63,841 nucleotides of DNA, filler included, from Blastocystis sp. subtype 4 (GCF_000743755.1; 3 parts of 3 records of this genome joined end to end with filler, not necessarily neighbours in it), one strand, 5' to 3'; positions 1 to 14,375 are shown, numbered from the whole stretch's first letter. A program made the numbers and translations. The notes: generated by a model from the letters alone, not told the origin.

Positions 1-1274
1 TTCAATACACTCTCTTTCAAGTACTCTTTCCACTTCATTCTCCATTCTACTCCATTCATCTTCTTTGATATTGATTCAACATTATCTACACTCATATTCC
101 TATTATTCACCGTTAATCAATCAAGAAATCAGTATGATCATTCTATTCAACATTACCTATTTGTATTCACGGGAATCAATTATTACCTCATATTAGGGTC
201 TTCAGATCCTGTGATTTGGACCATTCCAGATAATAGTCTTAATTGGAATGTTATGGATTCGAATGGATAAGGGAAGTGCGGATATTGTGTATTATGAGAT
301 GGATCACACTGGATGGAATCATAGTCATTCTAATGATGATTCCATTTTCACAACTTCTCTCCAAGAAACTGGAGTCTGGTCAACAAGAGCATATGAAGGT
401 GAAGGACAAGAATATCAATACTGAGACACTAGAGTGAATCAAACTGATCAAATTCCAGACTTGGGAACTATTATTCTAACATTGTATCTCAGGAATTGGA
501 TGTGATGAGGTGTTTTAATGTGTCACTTCATCTGTTGATAAATGATCTCTTCTTCTGTTTGGGATACTATTTCATCTCAGGTGTCCATTATCTCATTGGC
601 TTTGTTTGTCATCATAGATGGTCATTGAACCACTTCGATTGTTTCACATCTAACGCTCTCTCCTTCTTTTTATTACTCATTTCTGGTTTCAACATCTTAC
701 AGTTCCCACTAGCCATGTTCCCTGATGTAAGTGATACACAATGAATGATAAATGACAATCGACAGTCAGATAAATGATCTGTTTCTATGAAGCAAATTCA
801 CGTCTTCCTTCTGGCTAAAGAGATAGAAGTCCTTTTGAAATAATCTGAGTGAATGGGTGTGACTGTATATCTTGGTGACTTCTACAAGAATGAAGTAGGA
901 TTGTACTAATGATTGAACGTCTGGATTCAGAGATTCAGATACGAGGTAGCACTGCATATGTACCTCAAAACTCGTTTCATCATGAATGCGTCACTTCGAG
1001 ACAATACCCTGCTTGGTAAGGAGTTGATATCAATCTATATGAACATGTACTTGTAGTATGTTGTCTTCTCCCTGATATTGCAATTCTCACCACAGGAGAC
1101 CATACTGAGGTTGGAGGAATGATGAATCTAAATGGAGATCAGAAGCGCAAATATCATTCGTTCGAGCTATCTATCGGAGTAATATGATAAAATGAGAATT
1201 CCTACATAACCTAATTCAGAGTAGAATATTCTGCAACAAACAAATATCATAATTACATGAACACCAAGTACTAG

Positions 1275-1282
1275 AACAAACA
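1275..1282 (-). terminator. TGTTTGTT polyadenylation motif of NFU1
   Basis: Exact motif starting 5 nt after the last A of the TAA stop (1287); second copy at 1235-1242. Confidence 0.75.
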
Positions 1283-1286
1283 AGGA

Positions 1287-2281
1287 TTACTTATCCAATT
1301 TCTTTTTCGCCTCGGATTTCATTCGTTCCTTCTCTTCTGCAATCAGTTTATCCAGTTCTTTATTAAAGTTCTCGATATAGTTCATATCCTCCCGTTCTTC
1401 CTGTGATTTCCTTTCTCGCTCTTCCAATGGCAGTTCTTCATCTCCTTTATTCAATACACGTTTCACTTCGGGAATGTAATGCATGATCATACGTTCAACT
1501 CCCTGCTTCAGTGTGATACTACTACTCGGACAGTCTTCACAGCTTCCTATCATTCGAACCACGACTTCTCCCGTTTCAGGTAGCCATGCATCAAACAGAA
1601 TATCTCCTCCGTCTTGAACTACACGAGGACGAATACGCGTGGAATTAAGGAAAGAAAAGAATTACCATAAAAAGTGGATATGTGTCAAGTAACTCCTTTA
1701 CCAATTTCACAACCTCACAATCAGTTTCCTTGATGCGGTTTGGGTCCTCAGGGATCTCACTAGGCTCATATACGGGAATGGCCTTCTCATCATCAGCAAA
1801 GAAGTTGAATGAAGGAAATTCATATAAAAAACCTTTAGGATATTGTCTCCAGCTTCTTCGAAAGAATTGGCTCCACATAGTCCCAAGACACAGAAGGCTA
1901 CAACTAACTAAAAGATGTAATCTTTACTTTCTTTGCAATTGAGAACGATGTAGGACTCATATTCACTGAATGAATCTCTGGAATTGACAAGATCACTTCT
2001 GCCAGAGGAGAGAGACGAGCTTGGGCACGGCTCTTGATTTCCTAGTATTAATTTCTTCAGTGCAATAATACTAACGACTTTCCATATGCTTCAGGAAGAA
2101 TCACCATTTGAGGGAATGTCTCATACTTGAGAACGTTTGGATTCGGTGTTTTAAAAGACTTTACATTAATAAAACGCTCAAAGATAGCATAGGGAGTCAA
2201 TCGACTCAAAGGCCTTCAAATAACCTTCAGCATACATTACTACGATACAAAATGAACCGTTTTAGAGAATTTCGAAAACAT
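1287..2281 (-). CDS. NFU1: NFU1-type iron-sulfur cluster scaffold/carrier, mitochondrial (MRO), multi-exon
   Basis: Spliced: MFSKFSKTVHFVSPLSRL (targeting-like)...KTPNPNVLKY...SPLA...LLDTRIRP...DGGD...GSCEDCPSSSITLKQGVERM (NifU CxxC). Needs an AT-AC intron at 1639-1681. Confidence 0.92.
1639..1681 (-). other. U12-type AT-AC intron (43 nt) in NFU1
   Basis: ATATCCAC...TTTCCTTAAT TCCAC; removal restores the conserved D-T-R-I-R-P. Confidence 0.88.
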
Positions 2282-2487
2282 GAGTAAATGACAATGACTT
2301 TTCGTTTGATAGGTGTTTGTGATTCACCCTAAACAGAGTGAAATCAAATGAGAAAATGGATATAGGTGATATGAAGAGTCAATGATTTATAGAGAATTGA
2401 AATACAGAGAAAATGTTCTGAAACCGCTCCACTTTGTCCATCCATTTCACCCAGTTTCTGCTGATATACCAGTTCATTTGTCTCAGA

Positions 2488-3038
2488 ATGAAGTACAAGT
2501 ACGATGATAATCTCTTTGGAACACTGTGGATCTATTTGATAAGAGTGTTACAGATTTCTTGTGGGAATCTGTTAACGAGCATAGTTTCTAATACATTTTT
2601 AGTCCTTGTGTTTCTTCTTCTCGTCGCACTACCCGTAAGGCTCATTTCACTGCTCCTTCTCACATTCGTCGTGTGATGATGTCTTCTCCTCTGAGCAAGG
2701 CCCTGAAGGACAAGTACAACGTAGATGCAGGTTTATAGACTTATATTTAGGTGAATGCTATTCCTGTTGTTAAGGGAGATAAGGTGAAGGTCACCCGTGG
2801 TTCCTTCAAGGGCAAAGAGGGAAAGGTCACTGAAGTCTACAGAAGAAAGTGGGTGATTCACATCGAAGGACTCACTCGCGAGAAGGTAAACGGATCTTCC
2901 TGCAAGGTTGGTGTTGATGCCTCTAAGGTTGAGATCACTGAGCTGAAGCTGAACAAGGACCGTCAGAACATCCTTGAGCGCAAGGCTGCTCACAAGGCTG
3001 CTGGAAAGTACACTGAGAAGGACGTCAACCTCGATTAA
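2488..3038 (+). CDS. RPL26: 60S ribosomal protein L26 (uL24), 2 introns
   Basis: Spliced [36 protein letters not shown]...[19 protein letters not shown] (KOW); TGTTTGTT at 3074-3081. Confidence 0.97.
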
Positions 3039-3280
3039 GGGTGTAAGTTCGCATGAAGTGGTATATTTCGTTTTGTTTGTTTCAGTAACATTCGGAATTA
3101 TCATGTCATCCCAGTTTCTCTTTGATGTTATTTCGAGAATAAAGAGCTATAGTTGTAGAAGACATGATTACTGAAATAGTGACTTATTCTCACTTTCCAT
3201 AAATCAATAATCGGCTTTAATCTTGTCATACGGATAGAAACGCAACCTCATATCAGTTCCTTTGATCGCAAATAACTCAA

Positions 3281-6200
3281 ATGTCATCGGTACTGAACTT
3301 TGTTGCTAATCCTGTCCGCAGCTATGTGTCGTCGTTACTCGTTTCAGCGTTATCTAAATATATTGTTGGTATCAAGGTGAATTGTAAGACTGATTGCAAT
3401 CTATTAGAATAGCGTTGGGTATTCTGAGCCAAGAACTGAATCTACAGAATGTTGAATTGAACCTTACTTCCATTGAATCAGATCTTGGGCTAAAGCTCCC
3501 CTTTGTCATCAAGTCGAGTTTTGCAAAGAGTCTAAAGATCGTCATTCCTTGGACTTCGCTTCTTTCTTTGCCTGTTGGCGTGTATATCGAGAGCTTGAAC
3601 ATCGAGCTAGAAGACAAAGTCAGAATTTGCCTTCGTAATAACATGTAGGAAACGTTTAATAGAGCAGTTGCTATACTAAAAGAATTGTCTGTGTATGTTC
3701 TTTCATCTCCATTGATTTTTAGAGCCCCCGAAAAAGATACCGATGATTCGTTCAGTGCAGAGAGCCCTAATACAGAAGATACCTCAAATCGAAATGAGAC
3801 CACTTCTAAAGGGATGTGGGGAGATCGGTATCTGAAACGTATTCTTGCCAATCTCTCAATTCGCATCGACAATATTATCCTTCGTTACAGTCATGAATAC
3901 ATTCACTGTGTCCTGACAAGCAAAGTACAATTCATTGATAGATTTGATATCTAGTACATTGAGATTATGTCGAGTGGCCCTGAGGATGGATGGGAGTATA
4001 ACTGGCAGGAACCTCGAGTTGGTACTTGTTACTAGAATCATTTTTAGGGTGTGAAAGGTTCCATTTACAAGAGTATCAATGTCGGAGACTTCTCTATTAG
4101 TCTGGATTACTTGCGTAATACGAATCAACAATCAGCTATACAAACTGGAGTGACAGTTGATATGGAGTCAAATCAAGAACGAGTCTTTTATCATCCACTT
4201 GTAAACAACCTTACTATTCATATGCGTTGTTTGTTCTCGCTGTGGGAAGGACTACTGAATACATTCATCTCAGGATCCAGTGAAGTATCTACAGATGATA
4301 GTGGTTGGAGTATAAGCTGAATAGTTATTTCATACATAGATATTATGAATCTTTTTACGGAACAAGAAGTAGATGAGATCCAAGAATATAGTTTATATCT
4401 AACAAAGAAAGAGTCACTAACTGATCATACAATCTCATACTATTTGCATAATAATCAAAGTGTTTATGATATGAGTTACTATACAAATATGATCGATATT
4501 CATATTGATGATAAGATTGAGATTTACTTGAATCCATTTCAGTTAAACTCTATTCTGTTATTAGTAAACCATATTCTTGGAGAGGAATCAAAAGAAGTTA
4601 CAGTGAATGAGGAATTACCTGAATATGAAACTCCTATTCAACAAGAATCCAAATCGATGGTGTATCTTGCTGGAGACATTCAACGTGGTAGGAATAGAGA
4701 ATGATAGTAAATGAAAGAGACAACTCCTATAACGAAGAAATTCAATGTGAATTCAATTGCATTGAATATTGGAACAATTGTCTTCACTTACTATATGCCT
4801 CTTCATCTTCTTCCTTCTTCATATCAACGAACTTCTTCGACTCCATATACAGGAGAAGAGAAAGGAGCTGAACCTTCATCAGGAATTGATATTCATAAGT
4901 ATGGAGTGGAGTATGAGATCATGATGTTATCTAAGAATTAGCAAGAGTCATTTGAAGAGTGTTGTAGAAGCGACTCTATCAGGAATGGAGTGTGTGGCTA
5001 ATACATATGATAATCGTTTCTATCGTGTTGATATCTTAGCAAGTCTTCGTTCTGTACCTGATTTCATTTCAGTTCATTCAATAGATGGCTATTAGTCTTG
5101 GAGGCAAGCCATTCTTATCATGGAATCTATCGACTACTGAACAGATATCAAAGACTTGCAATCATATCTGTATGTTTGGGAAGCAATCCTTTGTCTCCGA
5201 TTTCACCGCTCATACTCATTCTCTTCATCATACTCAAGCACTCTTCTTTCGCTTCAAAGCCTATAGTGCTCCTTATCATGATTTTCTAATTGATACTCGT
5301 CAGGATCGAGAAGAGGTTCTTCCTGCTGGATGTTTGGAGTTATTCTGTAATTCTCTTCACATCATGAAGGAAAAGACACATCTTCCAATCGTTGCAACGA
5401 TCATCAAACATATTGTACCTCTTCGTCTCAAATCATCCAGTTCTTCAGAAATCTCACCAACCCCTTCAGCCCCTGTAACAGTAAGTCATAATGACTACTT
5501 CCTTCAATGTGGTATCTCCGATTTCTCACTTTCATTCGCCACATCATCTTCTCTTACAAATCCATTCCTTCCTGCTCCATCTCAACAACTCACCATTCAA
5601 TTAAAGAAGCTCTCTGGTGTCTTCTACAACAATTTTTCTTGTCCTTGTTGTCCTCGAGATGCTGGAGAGTGTGTTACAAGTGTGAATGTAGATGGCTTGT
5701 TCCTAATGAATTGCGTTCGTACTTCGCTTGCTCTCTCTCAATTCACATTTCATTTCGTGAATAATACTAATGAACTTTCAGTCAGTACTTTCTGTGATGA
5801 TATGCGAATTTATCTCGATTCTTCTCTACTGTCAACTATTACTGTTGTCATAAATGAACTTCTCTCATGTTTCTCTCGTTCTTTCATTCAATCCTTCTCT
5901 CTTCCTCATTCATATTCCTTCACGTTATCATCATTCTATCTGTACTTACGGCTTCTGAAGGATCAAGGAATAATCACCTCGCAAGTCAACACTCAGGCGA
6001 AAGTTCTCTTACATTCGCTTCAACTTTCATCTGATGATACACTGTTAGTTGCCTATCCATCACCAATGACTCGACAAGACTCAATGATGAATGCATTTGA
6101 ATTGATTGTACACTATGATGGGCACAGATCTTCAGAGAATGTGTTAACATGTGTCTCTTCTATGGTATTGATTGACGTTTACAATCTGTTCAATCTGGTT

Positions 6201-9200
6201 CAGGATTTGCTGACATTTGGAAAATTATTCAGTGCATTGTCTTCTTCAGAGACTCATATTCCTAAACAAACAGATTCTCATTCTTCTGAATTACCTTCAT
6301 TCATCGAATTTAACATCAATCTGCGAGAATGTTTGATGAACATGCATACAATGAGTATTGTAACCAATGAATGTGTGATTCTGCTTCATGAATCCATTCG
6401 TCTTCGATTCCCTTCAGTGACTATTATGAATAATATGGATCATTCTGACGAATGTTCAGTGGTTATGAAACAATTCATAATAGAAATGGATACAGTTGTT
6501 CCTGAACCGTTAATGAATCTATCCGATCTCTGTATCTTATTCAATCTGACTGACTGGACTCTCACACTTTCCTCTTCTGATTTCAAGTGTATGGTAACTC
6601 CGAATCGATTGACAAGTCTCTTTGCCCTCTCTTCCTGTTATTCCTCTCTGTGGACTCATTTGAAGAGAGATGTGGCAATTATCACTCATTCTATTGAAGA
6701 AGTCGAAGTAATGACTGAGAATACTCTCTTCATAAGAAACAGTGTGGATCGTTCTTCATCTTTCGATTCCTATGGTCTACGTCGACGTCGTAGTTCCGTA
6801 TCACGAACACTTCAAGGTCAACCTGAACTTCCTGTTATTGTGGAGAAACCAGAGGTAGTTCATGAAGAGACTATGCTGTCAAAGATTCGAGTGAGTTATA
6901 TTCTGGAGAGAGTAACAGTTGGATTGAATTGTGAAGAGACGGAGAGACCCATTGGACAGTGTCATACGCTTGTTCTAGGTCATTTGAACATGAATATCAA
7001 CAATAAGGAAGGAGAGATTCTAATCCAAACAGTTCAGATGGATTCAGGTTCTCAGTTGCTACTTCAAAGCAATCGAGAAGCAGTAACAATCCATGTAGGT
7101 TGGTCTTCTGAATTGGAAGTTTCTCTTGGGGTGAATGCATTCATGGTGCTGATGCGATTGGAAGTTCTTCATTCGCTTGTACGAGATGCATTATATTGTG
7201 TCTCCTTGATTCCATCTCATCCAGCCCAGTCTAAGAACGAAGATTCTCTTCGACTCACAGCTACCTTCTCAATCACAGACTCTATCATTCAAGTCTTCTC
7301 TCATGATTCACAGCTTTATCAGTTGAAGCTTGTAATGCTCCAACTTCGATACGATCAACTTCGTATAGGGTCTCAACTGCTGAATCTTCAACTCCAACAC
7401 CTTTTCCTAGCAGATACGTCAAATCGATTGCTAATTACAGACTGTGGTCTTCAAATTGATCTGGAACGAAGTATCTATCGATCAGGCAATGAAATAACTA
7501 TCCAAATGGAGGTACCAGATCTTCAAGTAGCTTTCTCTCTTAAGGACATTCAAGCAGGAGTTTCATTATTACAAGAAACATGGGAATTGTTTCATAGTGA
7601 TTCAGGATCAACCGTTCCTGAATCAGAATCTTCCTTGTCATGTGAATATGTAGTGAAGATGTTGGTACATAGCGTTCATGTCCAGCTATTGGATGCCTCT
7701 CATACACTGAACTTTGTATTGGAACGCTTTCATGTCTCATATGATACACAATATGAAGATGTCAGTGCACGATTGCTTTCTATCGCTTCACTCCATTGTG
7801 AATTTGATCATCAAGCTTGTCTCAGTATGAATTCGTGTCCTCAAGAGAAGGATGAGATTGTGTGTTTGTGTATCGATCGAGAAGTCCGAGAGAAAGAAGC
7901 CCGTATTTGGCATTACTTTTTCCTAGGTGATTTTTATGGTTGTGTGACTCCTTCTCTTCTCCAATTCCTAGTTGTGGATACATATCGTCTTCTTCTTCCT
8001 CTAATGCAGCTTTATGGATCCCCATCTCACTCCACACCATCTTCTCCTTCTGCTCTGTCCAACTCGAATCAAAAACATGGTTTCTCACTTGTTACACAGT
8101 CTTTGCAATGTCGACTTGCTGTTCCTAATCAAGCTTCCTTCCTCCTTGCTGCTCATGCTCTAAACGGAATGTATACAAGTGCAGTGACTCATCTCGAATT
8201 GAAACAATGTCGTATCCTCAGTGATACAGATATAAGTTCTCCTTCTACTCCTTTAGTTTCATCTCAACATCAAATCCTGGAGGAATGTACTCTCACACTG
8301 AATGTGGATACAAATGCATCAACTAATCATATCACATTGGATACAGGTGATATTATCCTAACCATGGATGATCGTATGATTACTCAGTCTTCTCTTGTTC
8401 TTCATTCCTTCTCTTCCGTTCTCTCTTCGATCCCTTCGTCAACTGATCTTCCTCCATCAGCTCCTTCAAAGCCATTTCGGTTTAACTTCATGAATGAGGA
8501 AGAACAACCGAAAGATCTTCCCATCGAATTCCCACTCACTTCTCTCACTCTGGTTGTTCAAGACTCATGGCCAGAGGTTGGTCAATTGGTTGTTGTTCCC
8601 GCGATAATCCCTCCAGAGGGACCTACTTCTGAGGATCACGTAACGAACTTCCCTTCTCTCGATTATTATCGGATTATCAGTGGAGGTGTTCCACAGCCAC
8701 AGTCGTCAGAAGCACTTCGAGAACAACTTCGTCGACAGTACCAGCCCCAAATGAAACGGTCATCCTTCTTCTCCTTCTTGAATTCCACGTCTGAGGAAGC
8801 ATGCTCACCATGTTGCGTGTCAATGCAGTTCCGATTAGCCCATACAGTGCGTGTATTCTCTGTGATGATTGGCAGTCTCGATACTTTCCGAATCGATTCA
8901 CTCACACATCCAGGCTTCTCTCTTCTCTTTGGAGACACGTTGGAATTTGACTTGTTGGCATGGTCGGATGTAGATCGTTGTTTCCGTTGTGTCAAGACAA
9001 TCTGTGTTCCTATTGAATCACTCTCCACTCAGATGACTCGAGATCGTTCTCAATCAGTCACAAGTAGCTATCGTGATGGTGACTATCGAAGTGATTCTGG
9101 CATTCCTACCGACACGTCAGGATCTACTGTAAGTGAGGCTCTAGCTGAACGAATCACAGCCTCTACTTCAACAACAGAATTCTTTGAATTAGCAGCTCCT

Positions 9201-12200
9201 TATAGTTATAGTTCTCGGTATCAGATTCAAGTGCATCTCAATTCATATCGTCCTTCAGTTGTGAAGAAGGTAGGTGGTAGTCACAATGTAATTCGATACA
9301 CAGCAGAATTAATCCGTTCGACAGTCTCATTTACTTATTTCATATCCTCTCATTTCCTTTGATAGTGATTCCTTCATGAGAACATGAGTGAATGCATGGA
9401 ACAATACACATCTCTTGCTGTGTCCAGTAATATGGTCTTGATTCGCATGAACCACTGTACATGTACACATTCAAATGAAACAACGGATTGTCTTCAGTGT
9501 AGTGCAGTGAAGTCGAAACTTCTCTGTAAGTTCTCTAAGGATTGTGAAGAGATTACTGTTTGCAGCAGTCTGAGTGTGAATGCTGTCAATTTAGTGAGTC
9601 TTTTGGTCATGCCAATTATTCCTAAATTCAATGTTTATGGAAGGTAGAATTAGTTGAATGAATGTCACGGATAGTCTAACTCGTTTGCATCGAAATGAAT
9701 TCTACTTGCCAAATTGTTTGAGTGTGAATGTGAAGACAACAGATATGGAGCTAATTGTGAATACGGATCATTGTCTGTTACTTGCTCACCTTATTGATGC
9801 TTACAGTCAGGCATGGCAGCAGCCAGAGAAATCATCCTGCCCATCTGTATGTACCAATGATCGAATTACCTTCCTGAATAATAGCTGTGTCGATCTCTTT
9901 ATCTCACAGTTGTATACAGACGAGGCAGTATTCCTACCTCGAAATACTTCTCTTCCCTATTCATACAAGTTACCAACAGTCCTTTCAGATGATGCATCCA
10001 TTCTACGCTTTGCCATGGCATTGACAAAAACTGATACGAATACTGTCATTCCAGGAGCATGGTCGAAAGGAGTTAATATTCATTCATTCTCATTAGATCA
10101 TCAAGAAACGACTCGACTTTATCTAGAAGCTCATCCAGAAGCACAAGAGAGTCGAACCAAATATGAGATAGTCTATCTTCGAGTTGAGAATCATCTTCTT
10201 CAAACCACTGTTACTATCATATCACCCCTTCGCGTTCTCTCTATGTTAACTGTTCCTTTGGAGATCCAACTTCATGATGATAAGGTTATGTCGAGTCCAG
10301 TAACTCCTGCTACCACTTCTGTTCACCATTATCTCCATCATAAGTTGCATCCTGAGGATCGACATCAATCCACGCTGTTGTACTCATCATTCCCGTTTTC
10401 CATGGTGAATCACTTTGATTACTATGATCGAGATCGTCCTGAAAACCGGAATCAATTGTATATCCGTCTTCGAAATAAAACCGCGGGAATATGGGGTAAT
10501 TGGTTACGTGTTCCTGATGTGTACTATGGTCAGAATTATCGTTTGTGTCGAATCCACATTCCAGTAGATAGTGAGAACAATTATAACTACTGTTATCTTG
10601 TGAACAGATATGATGATGATGAGAAGGTCAATTGTCTGGAACTTCTCCCAGCAGCTATGCTGGTAAATGAAACAGAAGAAGATCTCTTCTATAAGCAATA
10701 TGTTAGTGAGGGACTGGTGAAACATGTTTCAGAAGATAATACTTCTCAAATCAACTATAATTATCTTCTCAATGATGGTGTGAACACGAATCTTGTCATC
10801 AGACCTTATCTGCGTTCCTCAGCTATTTGTTCAAGTCTTCCACTTACCGATAGTAGTATGAACCTGACTGATTACAAATAGATTGTGAATGGACCTTACC
10901 TGTCTCAGTTGATGATGAGCTCTGCTTCACAGTTCAGAGACAGATTCTCTATCAGAACCCAGGAAATCATTATCAAGTTCAAGTCTTCACAATTCGACCA
11001 TTGCTTCTCTTTCTCAATCGATGTGACTGGGTGAGAGATGAATGAAGTGATGAGCAATAGACTCTGGAGATCAATACGATGGTGAAGACAAGTACCGCAG
11101 GTTTATTGACTCGACAGACTCATTGTCTTCCGCATTCCATGAATCCAGTGACATTGCCTGTAGCTGGTGTGGACTTTCATGCTGTCTCTGCCATGTCACC
11201 TGTATCTCCTCGAAATGAATCGATCAATCGATGTGCAGTAATTTCATGTTCGTTAGCATATGATGACTTAACATGTATCTGGAGTAATGCTGTTCAGGTG
11301 TCGTTAGAAGGATCGTCTCTCTTGGAGATAGAGAAGGGAGATCGCATGTTGATTCCCGTGTACAATCCACGAACACGATCCAATGAATCGTTTATTCCTA
11401 TGAGAGTTAGTCTTCAACGAGAGAAAGGTATAGGAGTCATCGTCTTCACCCCTTCTATCTTACTAAAGAATCAATTAGATCGAGTTTTATGGGTTCAGAT
11501 AGGAGATTCTGAACAAAAGATTGATCCTAATACTACAAGTCCACTTCATGTCTCAGGAATACTTACTCAAACTGAATGGACAATTGTAGTGAAATGTTCT
11601 GAAGAGGAGGAATGGAGTCAGTCAATTCCAGTCAAAGCATCTCAAACCCGTATCACGTTAATCCACTCTGTATTTCATCATACTTCCTTTCATTCCTAGC
11701 CTTATCTTCTTCAATGTCTCATCACAGAACCTACTTCATCAGATGAATCTTGGCTTGTAGATTTTGTAGCTCTGAGTCCTCCTCCTTTCGTTCTTGCAAA
11801 CCACACTTCATTTGACTTGCAGTTGGCAGGTGAAGGTAGCGAGGTGCCTCTTTTACTCCCTCATCAGCAAGTCCCTGCTTATCATTCAATTCATCTTTAG
11901 TCGATTGATTTTGATTGGTCAGTTATTACTGAGCTTATTCGTGAACGAAAAGGTAATCATGTGAAGGAAGGTTCTCCTGATGCTTATTGGCTTCGAGTTC
12001 CAGCGACTCCTCAAACAGTTCTCTCATCAGAATCTCAATCTGATTGTCGTGTCTGCTTACGAGTTTTGTACCAATCTGAATCTTCCATTCAAACCCAACG
12101 AATCTGGTCTCGACCTTTCTGGTTAACAAAAACTGCTTCAAAACGAATAAGTGTGAACATTGAAGGAATACGTCGGAATCTGTATCTCTATGTGTATCGT

Positions 12201-14373
12201 CTCCACAGTACACATTATCTCGAGATCTTTGATTGTATTCCTTCCTTGGTATTGTCACCTCTTCAATATCGTTCTCTTCAGCTTAAGCATTATAATAGAC
12301 AGGAGTATTCAACCTACACTAATTCTACTGCTACAGACACTGATCTAGCTTCAGATGGAACACTTAGCTCCATCTCTCTCGACTCTAGTAGCACAGATTT
12401 CTCTCTCTACACAACAACCTCTTCCTCTTCCTTGCACAGTACACCAGGTCAACCTCATAGTCATCATTTGTTCAATATTCAGATGTTCTCTGAAGCAGCG
12501 CCTCAATCATCTTTGTTTCATTATGACAGTTCTTATGCCAATACTGCCAATCTTCAACTAGTTATCGACATTCCTTCTGTCTCCTTCAGTCTCTATGATG
12601 TTGTGTCTGGTTGTTATCAAGAGGTCATTCATTCACTTATTACGGGAATTCGTTGTGTTTTGCAACAAGGAGGATGTGAAATGTTCAGTAATCCTTGATT
12701 ATCAATCTCAGGTAATAGATGAAATTGTGAAGTCTCTGCCTTTGTTCCGCATTTCGCTTCTGACCTCGTTCTCTCTAGAAGCTCAGAATATCCGAATTGA
12801 CAGTTACTTGGATCCAGCTAAGCCAGTTCTTCAACTTCCATATGAGGAATCGAAGGAAGTGAATTCAAAGGGTGTGAGGTTGAATGTGGTGATTGATCAA
12901 ATGAAAGATAAGCGATTCCCAAAGTATGTTTTAAGAGGATAGAATGATTAATTAGTGCCTTATTGTTGTGTGACATAAAAGTCCCCTATTTCTGGATTGA
13001 TATAACAGATCGTCATTTAATGACACTTCTCCAAACACTCAAATCGTATCTTGCTCTTATCTCGTTATTTACTCATTCTTCTCCTCCTTCATCTCTCTCA
13101 CCTTATCCAGTGACTCATACTCTATCACCATCTCTCTATCATATTGCGTATTGTCGCATTCATACAATGTATTTCCTTCTCTCTCTCGAATCAGATACTT
13201 TCATATCTCTCTGCTTTCAACGTACTCCTCTTCGTCTTCGTCTTCCTCCTTTCCTTCATTATACAGCGTCCATTGATGAGTACATTCGTCATTGTGTGAA
13301 TGCTCTCATTCCATCGTTCCTCTTACAATCCCCTGTCTTTGTAGGAGCTCTTGACCTTATCGGAAACCCTGGCAATCTCGTTGTTTCTCTATATCACAGT
13401 CTCACAGGAATCATTCTCAATCCAATTCATTCTTTGCGTAATGGTGAGGGTCTCCTAGCATGTTTGGAGAGTTTCACGACGTCTTCATTGTCATTCCTCC
13501 AGACTCTCGTTAGTAGCATTCTCTCTAGCATAAGTAGTGTCAGTGCAAATCTCAGTCGAAACTTCCGCAAACTGACTGGAGATGAAGATGGTAGGAATTG
13601 ACTCGTTGTCTGATCCAAAGCAATCAGTATCACATCGTGGTTGTCTTCAGGCTTTGGTGTTTTGTCATCTGCTACTCAATCACTGGGTCGAACCACTGCA
13701 GCTGAGGCTCCTCTTCAACTCCTGCGTTTATCTCGTAGTAACCGGAGTTCGGCATATTTGCCTCTTTTGTATCGATGGAAGCTGATTGACAGCGGAGAAG
13801 AATTACGTGTGAAGACCAATGTTAGTGTAGTTGTGTTGAATATCAGCAATGGATATGTGAATCTATCAGATCCGAAGAGCATGTTGATGTTAGTGTCAGA
13901 TGTATTAGTTAGTTCGGTTTATGATTCATAGAAATGTTGTTATCTTTATAATACTCACAATGATCCCAATGGAAACGAGTTGTTTTCGATCTCCTACAGA
14001 ATTCCAATGTCCAATGTATTTTCGATGATTTGATCTTAGTATGTAGATTGAGGTCAGTGAGTTAGCAGAGGACAAGAATACTGTGTTCTTGTTGTATCGA
14101 GTGAATCGGAGTGTAGAAGCATCGTCGCTATCTTACAGTAGTGGAATAAAGAGTGAGAATATGTTCGTATTTGACGTTCTGTTGACCTGTAGAGTGGATA
14201 TGGTGATTTCGTCTCTGAGTGGTGAGTACCCTGTAATAGATGCCTTTTTGAGAGAGAACTCGGCACGTTTAGTGGAGTTGTGTCAAAGTGGATGGATGTT
14301 GCGTCTAATTGAAGTCTCCTGCAAGGAGCAATCCATGGGAAAGTCAATAGTGAATGTAATTCATTTTCAGTAG
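3281..14373 (+). CDS. VPS13: VPS13-family bridge-like lipid transfer protein, many short introns
   Basis: Chorein-N-like start (LSKYI...LGILSQELNLQNVEL...LKIVIPWTSLLSLPVGVYIE), long beta-rich body, C-terminal VGALDLIGNPGNLV motif; consecutive + ORFs joined by ~30-nt introns. Not every junction was checked. Confidence 0.8.
9342..9383 (+). other. U12-type AT-AC intron (42 nt) in VPS13-like gene
   Basis: ATATCCTC...TTCCTTCAT GAGAAC; phase-0 removal joins ORF 5085-9362 to ORF 9384 in frame and skips in-frame stops. Confidence 0.78.
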
Positions 14374-14375
14374 TT

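Noticed and set aside
2216..2218. Apparent in-frame TGA in an MLKVI*RPLSRL presequence of NFU1 (recoding?)
   Set aside because: Lies inside a 30-nt GT-AG intron (2214-2243); the upstream ATG at 2281 gives a clean frame.
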